NCBI GenBank assembly: GCA_000004695.1 | Contig: CM000151.3 | Location: 3,232,001-3,296,000, forward strand | Direction: 5' to 3' | DNA length: 64,000 bases | Origin: Dictyostelium discoideum | Taxonomy: Eukaryota | In this document: positions 24,384 to 36,767 of the stretch, piece after piece | Numbering within the stretch: position 1 is the first letter of the stretch | Layout: every line of letters starts with the position of its first letter | Position numbers and translations under genes: made by a program | The notes under the pieces: model-generated | The model's input: the letters and a program-made list of their open reading frames with translations, nothing else | Told to the model about the DNA's origin: nothing | Databases searched by the model: none

Positions 24384-24595
24384 TTTAAAAAATATTTGTT
24401 TTTGATGTTGTTTAATATTAAAATAAAATTAATGAAAATCCTTTTATATTCTTTTTTTTTATTTAAAAAAAAAAAATAAAAAAAAAAAATAAAAATATCT
24501 TGGCATTTATTTTTTCCACCAATTATAATAAAGAAATCAATGGAATTAATTTGGGTTTCTTAATTATCAGAAAGACATTGTGTAGGATTTTTAAA

Positions 24596-24668
24596 TTATT
24601 TTATCAAATTCCCACCTTCCTTTTAAATCTTATATCAAATTCCCACCTTCCTTTTAAATTCTTATCAA
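24596..24668. promoter_or_regulatory. Tandem duplication (2 x ~33 bp) of a CCCACC-containing motif 215-285 bp upstream of the CEMIP-like gene start; candidate CA/G-rich cis element
   Basis: atcaaattcccaccttccttttaaatctt / atatcaaattcccaccttccttttaaattctt read directly. It is a rare C-rich island in an AT-rich promoter. On the gene strand it reads GGAAGGTGGGAATTT. Confidence 0.3.
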
Positions 24669-25787
24669 ACCAAACCGATGATATTTTTGAAAAAATTTGT
24701 TTTCTTCATATAAAACGGATCTTTTTTTGAAAAAAAAAAAATAAAAAATATAAAAATATAAAAATCTGTTTGTTGTTCAAATAAATCTTTTTTTTCAAAA
24801 TAAAAAAAAAAAAAAAAAATTAAAAAAAATGAAAATAAAAATCATTTAATTTTTTAGATTTACGAATTAAAAAAAAAAAAAAAAAAAAGCTTGGAATATT
24901 GTCAATATCTTTTTTATTATTTTTTTTTTTTTTTTAATTTTTTATTTTCAAGCCAGGAATTTTATTTATTTATAATATCTTTTTTAATAATTATTTAAAA
25001 TTTCGATGAATATTATAAAATAGGTTAAATTAAAATTAATAAAGATTATTGTTGTGTGTCAGAGTTACCCATTTTTTTTTTTAAAAATAAAAATAAAAAT
25101 AAAAAATTGTGTTCACACCACTACTTCTATTTCTTTTAACAATTTCATATGTAAATATAATATAATTTAAATTGATTCTGTCCCTGGAACATTTCAAAAC
25201 TAATCGATGTTTCAACATTTAGATTCCCTAAAAATAAAAACACTTTTCATCAATTGAGTAGGATATTGATATATGTCATGTGGTGCATATTAATATCAGC
25301 CTAAAAATTGAAATTATCTTTTCTTTACCTTTTTCAAAAATTACTATTTTTTATATTTTATATTTTACAAATGATATTTTATTTTATTTTATTTTATTTT
25401 AAAATCATTCAAGCTTGCTGATATTTTTAAATGGGAATTATATATTGAAATTAGTGGGGAAAACAAAATAACCAGTTAAAAGATCCCTCCTGGGTAAAAA
25501 AAAAAAAAATATCAATTCTATTTTTAGAATTTTATGTATCCCAAAGAGAAAGTATATGTGTGAGGTAATAATTAAATTATTAAAAAACAATAAAGAATTA
25601 ATTAAATATAATAGTTTTTTTAAATTACATAAAAAAAAAAAAGAATTGTTTGGGGTTTTAATTTAAAAAATTCTAAATCAAATAATTTTATTGTTTTATT
25701 TTTTTTTATTTTATTTTATTTTTTTGGAATATGTTCGCTCGTTACCGCAAATTTAAAAAAAGTAAATCATTTTTGTGCAACCCATTT

Positions 25788-25832
<45 letters not shown>

Positions 25833-26386
25833 GAAAACCAAAATAAAAGAAAAAAATATTGGAAATTGAAAACTTCAAATAATCGGTGCCGTGGCATATG
25901 ATATCAGGGTAAGGAAATTTTAATTTTTTTTTTTTTTTTTTTTTTTACCTTTTTTTTTAATTTTTTGTTTTTGTCGAAAGATTATTGGTTGTTGATTTTC
26001 ATAGATATTTATTTTTTGATATTTTCTTTTAAAAAATTTTTTTTTTTTTTTTTTAATGAAACTATTGGTTTATTTTTAGACGTCTAATAATCTTTTGATA
26101 ATCTTTTTTCGTTTTTTTTTTTTTTTTCTTTTTTTTAATTATTATTTTTTTTTTTTTTTTTTTTTTTTTTGATAAAGATTCTAATAATCATCAAAATGAT
26201 TGCCTTTTTTTTTTTCTTTTTTTATTTTTTTTTTTTTTCATTTAGTTTTTTTTATTTTAGAAATAACTAAAAATAAATTATTACCATCTTTTTTATTATA
26301 CACATATTATATTACATTTTATTGAACAAAAAAAAAATAAAAAATAAATAAAAAATAAAAACAAAAAATAAATAATTAAAAAAAAA

Positions 26387-27658
26387 ATGTCAGATGATAT
26401 ATTAATAACTAAACATGATGCAAAACATAATGCATTATATTCATATATGGGAATTAGATTATTATTATATATATTTTTTTTCATTTTAAATATTTTCCAA
26501 GCTTATGTTGAGGGGAGAACAATGGTAAAAAAAAAAAATAAATATGGCACTAGATTTTTTATTTATTTATCAATGTCAATATTTTGTTTTATGCGTTCAT
26601 TATCCACAATTTTATTTTACCAAAATCCAACTGGTATCACTGTTGGTAGTATTGGATTTTTCTTCTCCTCAATTGGTACAATTTGTGTATTTTGTGAATG
26701 GGTTTTTATTCTTCACTTTTGGTAAATACCTAAATTATTAATTAAAGTCAAAAAAAAATAAAAAAAAAAATAATATTTTTTTTCAGAATTAATTAATACT
26801 AATTTTCCATAAAATAATTATTTTTTTTTTAAAAAAGGTTACTTATAATGTATTCATTTTTTGTATCTGATGATATTAGAGTAAATAATTTAAAACCAGT
26901 AAATATTGCAACTGTTATATTTATAATTGTTTTATTATGTTACCAAACATTTATTTGTGTTGGTAGTTTAACAATGGATTTAAAATTTGGTCAAGGTGTT
27001 GGATTTTTATTATTATTATTAATTTATTCAATAATGATTATATCATTTGGTAGTGCATTATTAAGAAGTTTAAAAAAACATAAAAAGAATACATCATTTG
27101 AACATTTTCAAGATATGATTTTTAAAACTAAAGTTTTATTAGTAACTTTAATCCTAACATTTGTATGTACATTTGTTGAAGAATTAGTATTCAATTTTCA
27201 ATTTGATTTTTCATTAAAAAATAAAATTTGGTGGTTATTCTTTACACAATTAATTGATACAACACAAATGATAGTTGTAATGTTTGTCTTGGCAAATTTT
27301 AAATTTCAAAATTATTTATTATTTAGAAAAGTTAAAACAACTTCATTTAGTGATAAATCAAGTTTAGGTAAGGTTTATTTTTTTATTAGTAAAAAAAAAA
27401 AAAAGAGTTTAAAAAAAAATATTAACACCTATATAATTAATAAAAACAGAAATTGATAGTGTGGGTAAAAAAAATAAATCAAGTCTTGATTTAACAGGTG
27501 GTAAATCATTAGATCAATCAATTGAATTGGAAAATTCATTTTCAAGTATTTCAAAATCAATTGATATTGTTGTAAATAATGAAACAAATAATTCAATTTT
27601 AAATACAGATAATAGTAATACTTTAAATAACTCTATAATTGAAGAAAATAATAATTGA
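26387..27658 (+). CDS. Predicted 7-transmembrane membrane protein (~357 aa). Three exons join(26387..26721,26838..27367,27450..27658).
   Basis: Three ORFs are joined in frame: exon 1 ends TTTTG|GTAAAT (phase 2), with AAAAAAG acceptor at 26836-26837. Exon 2 ends TTAG|GTAAGG (phase 1) with AACAG acceptor at 27448-27449. Total 1074 nt. Seven hydrophobic ~20-25 aa segments (e.g. IRLLLYIFFFILNIFQAYV, VGFLLLLLIYSIMIISFGSALL, IWWLFFTQLIDTTQMIVVMFVLANF). Possibly THH1/TOM1/TOM3-like or GPCR-like; family not established. Confidence 0.45.
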
Positions 27659-27719
27659 TAATAAAAATTAAAAAATAAAAAATTAAAAAAAAATTAAAAA
27701 TTAAATTGTTGTTTTTTTT

Positions 27720-28874
27720 TTATTTTTTTAATGAATTTAAAATAAATTGAAATAAAGGTACTCTACAAGCTGAGGAAGTGAATTCGTGAACTCTGTGACC
27801 AGATGAGGCTATATTGCAACCTTGTAATTTTGAAAATCCTAAATCTGTATTTAACTTTTTATCACTTTTTACCCAATTCTTTGTTTTATTTTCATCAGCA
27901 AAGAATGACTTAGTGAAAGATGATGATTTTGGTGATAATGAATGAACGGAATCAGTGAATGCAATGGATTTTAATCTATCAGCAATCTCTTCACCTCTAT
28001 TATCCAATAGATATGTAGTATTCACACCACCAAAACTATGTGCAACAATTACAATCTCTTTTGCTGGTGATTTCTTTATAAATTCATCATAAACTGTTAA
28101 AATATGATTATTTGAATTTTCACTACCTTTGATTGAATTATCTACTCTTTTCTTTTTTAATAGTTTACCATTATCATCTTTTTTTTCTTCCTCTTCTTTT
28201 GCTTTTTCTTTTTGTTCTTCTCCTTCTTCAATTATTCTTTCTTCAAATACATTATAATTTGGATTTAAAACTATGATTGAGAAATCATTTGAAATTGCGT
28301 CATTCAAATAAGGTAAAATCGAACCAGTGTTTAGTGTGTCATTTATACATAGACTTCTTGCCCATTGACCAGATTTAACTGCACCACTACCATTAATGAA
28401 TACCATAAGCTTTGTTGGGTTTTCAAAGAAATCTTTACTTGTGAAAATGTTACATTGGTTGGTTTCACCTTTTGGTATCCAATGCTCCTCTAAATTGATT
28501 GGTTCCGATTTCATTTTATTTTGAATGGTTTTCACAATAATATCACCTAACCTATCATACTGTTGTTGATTTATAAATTTAAATTTCTCTTCACCTTCAA
28601 TACTTCTTAATTCACCTTTATCATTATAATAATATCCAAATTCTTTAATAGTTTTAAAATTTTTATAATCAATATCTTCAATTTCTTCACCATTAGAATT
28701 ATTACTATTGTTGTTGTTGTTGTTGTAAAATCTTTTATTTAAATTCTCTGTTAATGATCTTTCAATTTTATTTTCTTTTTCATCATCATCAATATCATTA
28801 TTTTTTGTGGGTCCTCCTGTTGGTGGTGTAGTTGGTGGTGAACTATCTTTATTTTCTTCTTTTTCAATGTCTGA

Positions 28875-28877
<3 letters not shown>
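27720..28877 (-). CDS. FAM172 / Arb2-domain family protein homologue (385 aa), alpha/beta-hydrolase-like
   Basis: KLMVFINGSGAVKSGQWARSLCINDTLNTGSILPYLNDAISNDFSIIVLNPNYN...IVIVAHSFGGVNTTYLLDNRGEEIADRLKSIAFTDSVHS matches the conserved core of human FAM172A from memory (LIHGSGVVRAGQWARRLIIN...VIVLNPN...VAHSYGG...ALTDSVH), including a GxSxG-like AHSFGG motif. It has an acidic/Lys-rich insert and an N-terminal Pro/Thr-rich low-complexity region. Confidence 0.6.
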
Positions 28878-28914
<37 letters not shown>

Positions 28915-29383
28915 AAAGCTCAAAAATTTAAATTAAAAAAAAAAAAAAAAAAATAAAAAAAAACATTGTTTCAAAAAAAAAATAAAAAAATAAAAAAAAA
29001 AAAATAAAAATAAATAAATAAAAATAAAATAAAAATGACAAAGATGAACTATTTTGTTTAATTTTTATTTTTAAAAAATACCCAATCTTTATTTTCTTTT
29101 GTTTATTTATATCATTTTTTTTTAATTTTTTCTATTTTTGTTTTTTGTTTTTTTTTTTTTTTTTTTGCATTTCACCAAAATTTACGTGTGTGTAGAATCA
29201 AATAGAAGCACTGGGACTTTTTTTTTTATATTTTTTTTTTATTTTCATTTTTTTTTATTTTTTTTTAATTTTTTTAATTTTTTTTTTTTTTTTTAAAAAT
29301 TTTTTTGATACTTTTTAAAAAAAAAAAAAAATTTTCACACACTCAATCAAAAATACCCACAGCCTCAAAGGTAAATACAAACA

Positions 29384-29500
29384 ACAACCCTCCTCTTCAT
29401 TTTCCCTCTTCATTTTATTCCTCTTCGATTTTTCCACTTCAATTTTTCCTCTTCAATTTTTCCTCTTCATTTCCTCTTCATTTCCTCTTCTTCAACAATG
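29384..29500. repeat. C/T-rich tandem repeat (CCTCTTCA(T)TTT)n, ~9 units, in the divergent intergenic region between the FAM172-like and Cu-ATPase genes
   Basis: cctcttcattttccctcttcattttattcctcttcgatttttccacttcaatttttcctcttcaatttttcctcttcatttcctcttcatttcctcttcttc read directly. Confidence 0.8.
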
Positions 29501-30131
29501 CTCCAATAATATCAGTTATAATAATATAAATTAATAAATAAATAAACAAATAAAAAAAATAAATAAAAAAATAAAAAAAATAAATAAAAAAATAAATAAA
29601 AAAATAATTTTTTTAAAAAAAAAAAAAAACACCTCCTTATCACTTTTATCTTTATCACCCACATATAAACTTCCATTGTTTTGATTTTTTATTTTTTCTT
29701 TTTTTGTATTTTAAAAATTTTATAGTGTTGTAATTGTGCGTTATTTATTTTTTTTTATTTTTTTTTTTTATATTATTGTCACTACACATATATAACGATA
29801 AAGTTACTGTTTTTTTTTAATTAATAAATCTAGATTATTTTTATTGGATTTTTTTTTTTTTTAAAATTTTTTTTTTTAAATTCATTTGGATTCACTTGTA
29901 CAAATAAAAAATGTATTTAAATAGTTTTTTTCTATTTTTTTTTTATTTTTTTTTTTTTTTTTTTAATTTATTAACCCATATAAAATAAAAATAAGTTGTT
30001 CCTATAATTTCTTTGTTTTTATAAAAATAATTTACCCCACCCTTTAAAAAAAATTATTTAAAAGTTAATGTGTTGTGTGAGTTTTTAAAATTTCTAAAAA
30101 CGTATATGTGTGTTATTTTCTTTATGCATTG

Positions 30132-30162
<31 letters not shown>

Positions 30163-30437
30163 AATATTTCTTGCTAAACTTTTTGTCGTTGTTAATTAAG
30201 ATATTTTTACCTATTGAACCACACTTTTTTTTTTTTTTTTTTGTTTAGATATTATTTTTCATTTTCCATTCCATTTATCATTTATTATTGTAACAACATA
30301 ACAATAATTGTAATTATAATAGCAATATAATACATGTTTAATTAATTTTATTTATTTATTTATTTTTTTAGAAATATCACAATAATTTCATTTTAAAAAT
30401 TTATAAACCTTTTTAAGAATATATATTTAAGTTCCAG

Positions 30438-30471
<34 letters not shown>

Positions 30472-30517
30472 ATCTAAACAAAAAAAAAAAAATTATCTAA
30501 ATAAAAAAAAAAAAAAA

Positions 30518-31145
30518 ATGGCAATTTCACTTGACGGATGTAATTGCAATTGTATTAAATGTTCATGTAATGATCTTTTACAAGGATTAATTGAAACTGA
30601 AAATAAATCCACAACATGTTGTTCTTCACCAATCATTGGACAACAACAAAAACCAAACGAAAGTAATGGTTGTAAATGTGAAAGTGGAAGTTGTGGAGAT
30701 AGTGGTGTTGAAAGTGATGGACAACAACAACAACAATCTACAGTTGAAAGAAAATGTTGTCCAATTTCAGGATTAATTGAAAATACATTTTTCAGATTCT
30801 ACATTCCACAATTAAAAGGTAATGAAGAATTGGTTGAAACTATTAAACAAACATTACAAGAGATTTCAACCGATGTTATCTATGTAAACATTGATTATAC
30901 CAATCAAATAGTTCAAGTTGAATGTAGTGTCGATCGTTATTTATTTAAAATTTTAAAACAATTTAAATCTTTAAATTTAGAAGTTGCTGCAATTCAATCA
31001 AAAGAATGTCCAGAATTAATGGTAAATATAAATATATAAATATAAATATATTAAATAATTATTTTATTAATTTAATTTTTTTAAAAAAAAGGAATCAATG
31101 GAAAATACACCATTATTAAATGATGGTAGTATATTACAATCACCA

Positions 31146-31180
<35 letters not shown>

Positions 31181-34100
31181 TGGTGATTATAATAGTAGAG
31201 AAAGAGTATTTGAAATTAAAGGTATGAAATGTGAAGTTGGTTGTGCCAATAGAATTGAAGCAACATTATTACAAAATAAAAATATTCATTCAGTTAAAAT
31301 CAATTTTAAAACCAAACAATTATTCGTTATTGCAAGTGTAAATGATAGAACCATTAGAAAAACAATTGAAAAATTGGGTTTTAAATGTCAAAAACAAAAG
31401 CAACAACAACAACAAACATCAACAGTTACTTCACCATTATTATTAGATTATTCAAATTCATCATCTTCATCATCATTAAATGATATTAGTAGTATTACTA
31501 AATCTCCATTTGAACCAATTTCATCATCAGATGAAGAAGTTGTTGAAATTAATAATAATAATAAATATAATAATTCAACATCAATTGAAATGGAATCAAT
31601 TGATATTAAAATTGATAATAATAATAATAATAATAAATTAGAATTAATTGAAATAATATCAATTGGTGTATTTGGTATGACATGTGCATCATGTGTTGGT
31701 ATGGTCGAACATAGTATTAAAAGTGTTGATGGTGTAATTGAATGTAATGTTAATTTATTGGCCGAAAGAGCTGAAATTAAATATAATTCATCGATTTGTA
31801 AAGATGTTAAAGAAATTCAAGAATCAATTGAAATATTAGGATTTGAAACTAAATTAATTCAACAATCAAAAGCTGGTACTTTTCATTTAAAACTTTTAAA
31901 TTATCAAGAAAAACAATCCAATAAACTAAATGATGAACAACCATTATTATTATTTGATGATTTAAAAATTAAATTTCAAGGTATTTCAAATTTAGAAATT
32001 ATTAAACAACACTCATCATCATCATCACAAAAGAAAAATAAAAAAAATAAAAATAGTGGTGATCAAATTGTTTTATTAAAAGTTGATGGTGATTCATATC
32101 AAATCGGAGCAAGAGTTATAATGAAATCATTGAAATTAGATTATGATATTGATAGTGAATTATTTAATCCAGAGACTGATGATATTAAGAATTCGTTAAT
32201 GAGAAAGAGAGAAATTAAGAAATGGAAACATTTATTCATATTTTCAATATCATGGACATTGCCATTGATTATTATTGCAATGATATTGGTACCGATAAAG
32301 AGTATTAAATTCTTACATTATCAATTAGCTGATGGGTTCCCAGTTGAAGCATTGATAGGTTTCATTTTAGCAACCCCTGTCCAATTTATAAGTGGTGCTA
32401 CATTTTATAAAGTTTCATATGCTGCCGTTAAAAATTTACATGGTAATATGGATTTATTAGTTGCAGTTGGTTCAACATGTGCCTATGTTTATTCAGTAAT
32501 TTCAATTATCATTGGTATAGTAAACCCAATGTATGAAGCAATGCATTTCTTTGAAACTTCTGCAAGTTTAATTACATTCATTATTCTTGGTAGATGGTTA
32601 GAAAATATTGCAAAGGGTCATACTTCATCAGCAATTGTAAAATTAATGAATTTACAATCAAAAGAAACCACATTAGTTACATTAAGAAATCAAGATAATT
32701 ACAATGGCTCATCAACTGCACCAATTATAATTGAATCTGAAGAAATTATACAATCATCATTAATTTCATATGGTGATTTATTAAAAGTTATACCAGGTCA
32801 ATCAATTCCAACTGATGGTATTGTTATTAATGGTTCATCATCATGTGATGAAAGTATGATCACTGGTGAGAGTATACCAGTATTGAAGAAAGTTAATGAT
32901 TCAGTTACTGGTGGTACATTGAATTTGGATGGTGTTTTAATTATTAAGGCAAATAAAATCGGTAGTGAGAATACATTATCACAAATCATTGGGTTAGTTC
33001 AACAAGCTCAAACTTCAAAAGCACCAATTCAACAATTAGCAGATACAATCTCAAAATATTTCGTACCAATCATTCTATTATTAGGTTTAATTACATTTGG
33101 TATTTGGATAGCTGTAACCGAGACAAATTCAGTATCTGCTGAATGGAGACATAATACATCACCATTCCTATACTCATTCTTAACTGCAATCTCTGTAATT
33201 GTAATTGCATGTCCATGTGCATTAGGTTTAGCAACCCCAACTGCTGTTATGGTTGGTACTGGTGTTGGTGCTTCAATTGGTATATTAATTAAAGGTGGTA
33301 AACCATTAGAAACTGCTCATAAAGCAACTGCAATTTTATTTGATAAAACTGGTACAATTACAACTGGTAAAATGAATGTAACTGATTATCGTGTAAACCA
33401 TCAATCAAACAACAACGATAACAACAACAACAACAACTCTGCTCCAAAAGAAGAAGAAGATAAATTATTTTTTAAAATTGTTGGTGCAGCTGAAAGTGGT
33501 TCAGAACATCCAATTGGTAAAGCAATTGTACAATTTTGCAAACAAACTTTAACCACCAAAGGTGCAGATCCAATTGGTTCGCCAATGATTCAAGATTATC
33601 AATTCCCACCAGTTTCAGATTTTAAAGGTATTGCTGGTAGAGGTTTATCATGTATTGTAGATTCATTAATTCAATGTAAAATTGGTAATTTATCATTTAT
33701 GAAAGATAATTCAATTAATGTACCAATTGAATTCGTTGAATTAGCTCAATCATGGGAAACAAATGGTAAAACTGTAATTTATGTTTCATATGGTGATAGC
33801 AATGATGACAATGATACCACTAGTACCACCACTATTTTATTTAAAGGTATAATGTCAATTTCAGATATACCAAGAGATGATTCAAAAAGAGCAATAAAGA
33901 AATTAAAATCAATGGGATTAAAATGTTACATGGTAACAGGTGATAATAAAAGAGCAGCTAAATTCATTGCAAATCAAGTTGGCATTGATGAAGATCATAT
34001 CTATTCAGAGGTTATACCAAAAGAGAAAGCAGAGAAAGTTTCAGATTTACAAGCTAGTGGTAATGTAGTTTGTTTCGTTGGTGATGGTGTTAATGATTCA

Positions 34101-34421
34101 CCTGCATTGTCACAAGCTGATGTTGGTATTTCAGTTGCAACTGGTACTGATATCGCTATTGAATCATCTTCAATCGTTTTATTGAAAAATTCACTCACTG
34201 ATGTTTATCGTTCAATTCATTTATCGAGAGTAGTTTTCCGTAGAATTAAAATTAATTTCACATTAGCTTTAATCTATAATCTTTGTGCTGTTCCACTAGC
34301 CGCTGGTTTATTTAGAGTAATCTTTGGTGTGTCTTTACCACCAATGGCTGCTGCTGCTGCAATGGTAGTTTCTTCATTATCAGTTTTATCTTCTTCATTA
34401 TTATTAAAACTTTATTCTTCA

Positions 34422-34430
<9 letters not shown>
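30518..34430 (+). CDS. Copper-transporting P1B-type ATPase (ATP7/CCC2-like), ~1280 aa. Two exons join(30518..31021,31092..34430).
   Basis: Exon 1 ends ...KECPELM|GTAAAT (phase 0) with AAAAAAAAG acceptor at 31090-31091. Exon 2 has heavy-metal-binding motifs GMKCEVGCANRIE and GMTCASCVGMVEH, 8 TM segments, the CPC ion-channel motif (IACPCALGLATPTAVMVGTG), the phosphorylation site DKTGTIT, HP (SEHPIG), the hinge GDGVNDSPAL and a C-terminal TM pair. Exon 1 adds a Cys-rich N-terminus (MAISLDGCNCNCIKCSCNDLLQ...CCSSP...GCKCESGSCGDSG). Confidence 0.85.
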
Positions 34431-34474
<44 letters not shown>

Positions 34475-34678
34475 AACTTTAATAACCTGAAATAAGATCA
34501 AAGAATAAAAATAAAATAAAAAAATAAAAATATAAAAATAAAAATACAAAAATAAAATCTAAAAATAAATAAATAAATGGTTTTTTTTATTAATATTTTC
34601 CCACTTTTTTTTTATTAGTGTGGCCTTGTTTTTTTTATTTTTTTTTTTTTTTTTTATTTTAAATTTTTATTAAAAAAA

Positions 34679-35797
34679 ATGCAATTTATAAAATCAAGTA
34701 TTGCATATTCATTTGCAAGTTATTCTAAAAATTTTATTAATAAAAATTTTAGTTATTTATGTATTGAACCAAATAAATATGATGAAAAATTTTCATTACA
34801 AGAATTAAAAGAAATTTATGAATCATTAACTATTGATGAAAAATATAAAGTTGAAACCATTTATTGGGAATTATGTAAAAAACAAGATTCAAGAATTGAT
34901 GGATTATTTTATGGTAAAAATCATTTATTTGAAAATTTAAAATTTACAATAAGATCATTACATAGATGTAATCATTTAAATGATTTAGAAAATAATAATA
35001 ATGAATTAATTAAAATTGAATTTACAAATAGATTTAAAAGAAATAAAACTACAAATTCAACACAGTATTATAGTTTAGGTGAAAAGATTGGTAAAGATTA
35101 TGAAATGGGACAAATTGGATATGTTAACGGTATGGGTAATTCAATAGGTTGGGCAGGTACAGATGCATCTAAAATTTCAGAATCAATGGTAGAAGGTATG
35201 AATTTACACTGTGTTTATTTACCATCTTATCAAATTTCACCAGATGATTATTCACCTTCACCAAATGATACAATTGGTTTCTGTATGGATACAATTAGAC
35301 ATTTAACTATAAATGGTGGTGAATTTTCAAAAACTTCAATCCTAATAGCTCAATTATGGATTGATTATCTATTTGATAATCCTAATAAATCATTTTTACA
35401 AATTTGTGCTTCTGATGGTGGTACATTCGTTACAAATGCTATTAAAATCATTATTAAATATTCACCAAATCTATTATCAAGAATTTCATTTCTATATTTA
35501 GCTCCAGGTTGCATTTTAATACCAAATGATTTTAATAATAATAATAATGATAATGATAATATTGAAATTTTAAAATCAAAACAAGTTTTAAATTTTATAA
35601 AATTAGAAGATACTTTAATTTCAAAATTTGCAACAGGTGCAAATCATTTAAATAATAGTAAATCAATGGAAAATATTATAATTGTACCTCATATTAATAA
35701 AAATGATCATCCTCATAATTTTTTAAATAATGATTATATAAATTCGGTTTTACCATTTATTAAGAATTGGAAAGAAACTGGAAAATTAATTTTATAA
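34679..35797 (+). CDS. Hypothetical protein (372 aa)
   Basis: Single ORF with ordinary (not low-complexity) composition through most of its length (…GYVNGMGNSIGWAGTDASKISESMVEGMNLHCVYLPSY…ICASDGGTFVTNAIKII…). No family recognised. Confidence 0.45.
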   Translation: MQFIKSSIAYSFASYSKNFINKNFSYLCIEPNKYDEKFSLQELKEIYESLTIDEKYKVETIYWELCKKQDSRIDGLFYGKNHLFENLKFTIRSLHRCNHLNDLENNNNELIKIEFTNRFKRNKTTNSTQYYSLGEKIGKDYEMGQIGYVNGMGNSIGWAGTDASKISESMVEGMNLHCVYLPSYQISPDDYSPSPNDTIGFCMDTIRHLTINGGEFSKTSILIAQLWIDYLFDNPNKSFLQICASDGGTFVTNAIKIIIKYSPNLLSRISFLYLAPGCILIPNDFNNNNNDNDNIEILKSKQVLNFIKLEDTLISKFATGANHLNNSKSMENIIIVPHINKNDHPHNFLNNDYINSVLPFIKNWKETGKLIL

Positions 35798-35867
35798 TTT
35801 TATGTACAAAAAAAAAAAGCAATCTCAAATCATTTTTTTCAACTTTATCAATATTTCCCCATCTTTC

Positions 35868-35874
<7 letters not shown>

Positions 35875-35942
<68 letters not shown>
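35875..35942. repeat. (ATT)n microsatellite, ~22 units, in the 3' flank of the 34679..35797 gene
   Basis: attattattatt... read directly; it generates the spurious poly-Leu/poly-Asn ORFs 35767..36012 and 35760..36002. Confidence 0.9.
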
Positions 35943-35945
<3 letters not shown>

Positions 35946-36079
35946 AGTTTTTAATTTTAAAAATAAATTTAATTTAATTTTGTTATTAAAAAATATTTTC
36001 ACCTTTATTTAATTTTTTTTTTTATTTGAAATGATATTTTCAGATTTTTGTTTGAAAAAAAACAAAAAAAACAAAAAAA

Positions 36080-36130
<51 letters not shown>

Positions 36131-36573
36131 TCGCTCAATCTCTGGTTATTAACCAAAACTAATCAAACAATGGTTTGGGAAGTATTTACATTTAATGTTC
36201 TGGTATTTGAATTATTATTTTCAATTTTTTGAGCTGGTAGGAAAAAAAAAAAAAAAAAAATTTTAAAATAATCTAATTTTTTATTTATTTTTTTTTTTTT
36301 TTTCACTTCTTCATTTAAAAGGATTTGGTATTTTATAATTTTACATTTATTTTTTTTATTTTATTATTTTAGTAATAGTATTTCTTTTTTTTTGATTATT
36401 TAATTTAACAATAATTTTTTTTTTTTTTTTTTTAAATATATTTGGTCCCAAATTCTGCAAATTTTTTAAAAACATATTTTCACCAGTAAAAATTAAACGA
36501 TAGTCTTTTGGATATTTTTTTTATTTTTTTTTTAATTTTTTTTTTTTTTAAAAAAAATCACTATTATTATTAT

Positions 36574-36616
<43 letters not shown>

Positions 36617-36767
36617 ATCATTTTGTTTGCGTGATTCAAAACACACTGCGAAATACATAACATTACGTGTGGTTTTTTATTTTTATTATTTTTATTTTTT
36701 TTTTTATGTATACATAAAAAAAAAAATAAAATAAAATAAAAATAATAATAATTATAATAATAATAAA

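Noticed and set aside
25280-25930. Two ~22-bp similar strings (gtgcatattaatatcagcctaaaa at 25285; gtggcatatgatatcagggtaagg at 25893) resembling the inner end of the TIR element (catattaatttcagcctaaaata at 16600)
   Set aside because: Similarity is short and could be chance in AT-rich DNA. Noted only as a possible solo fragment of the same element family.
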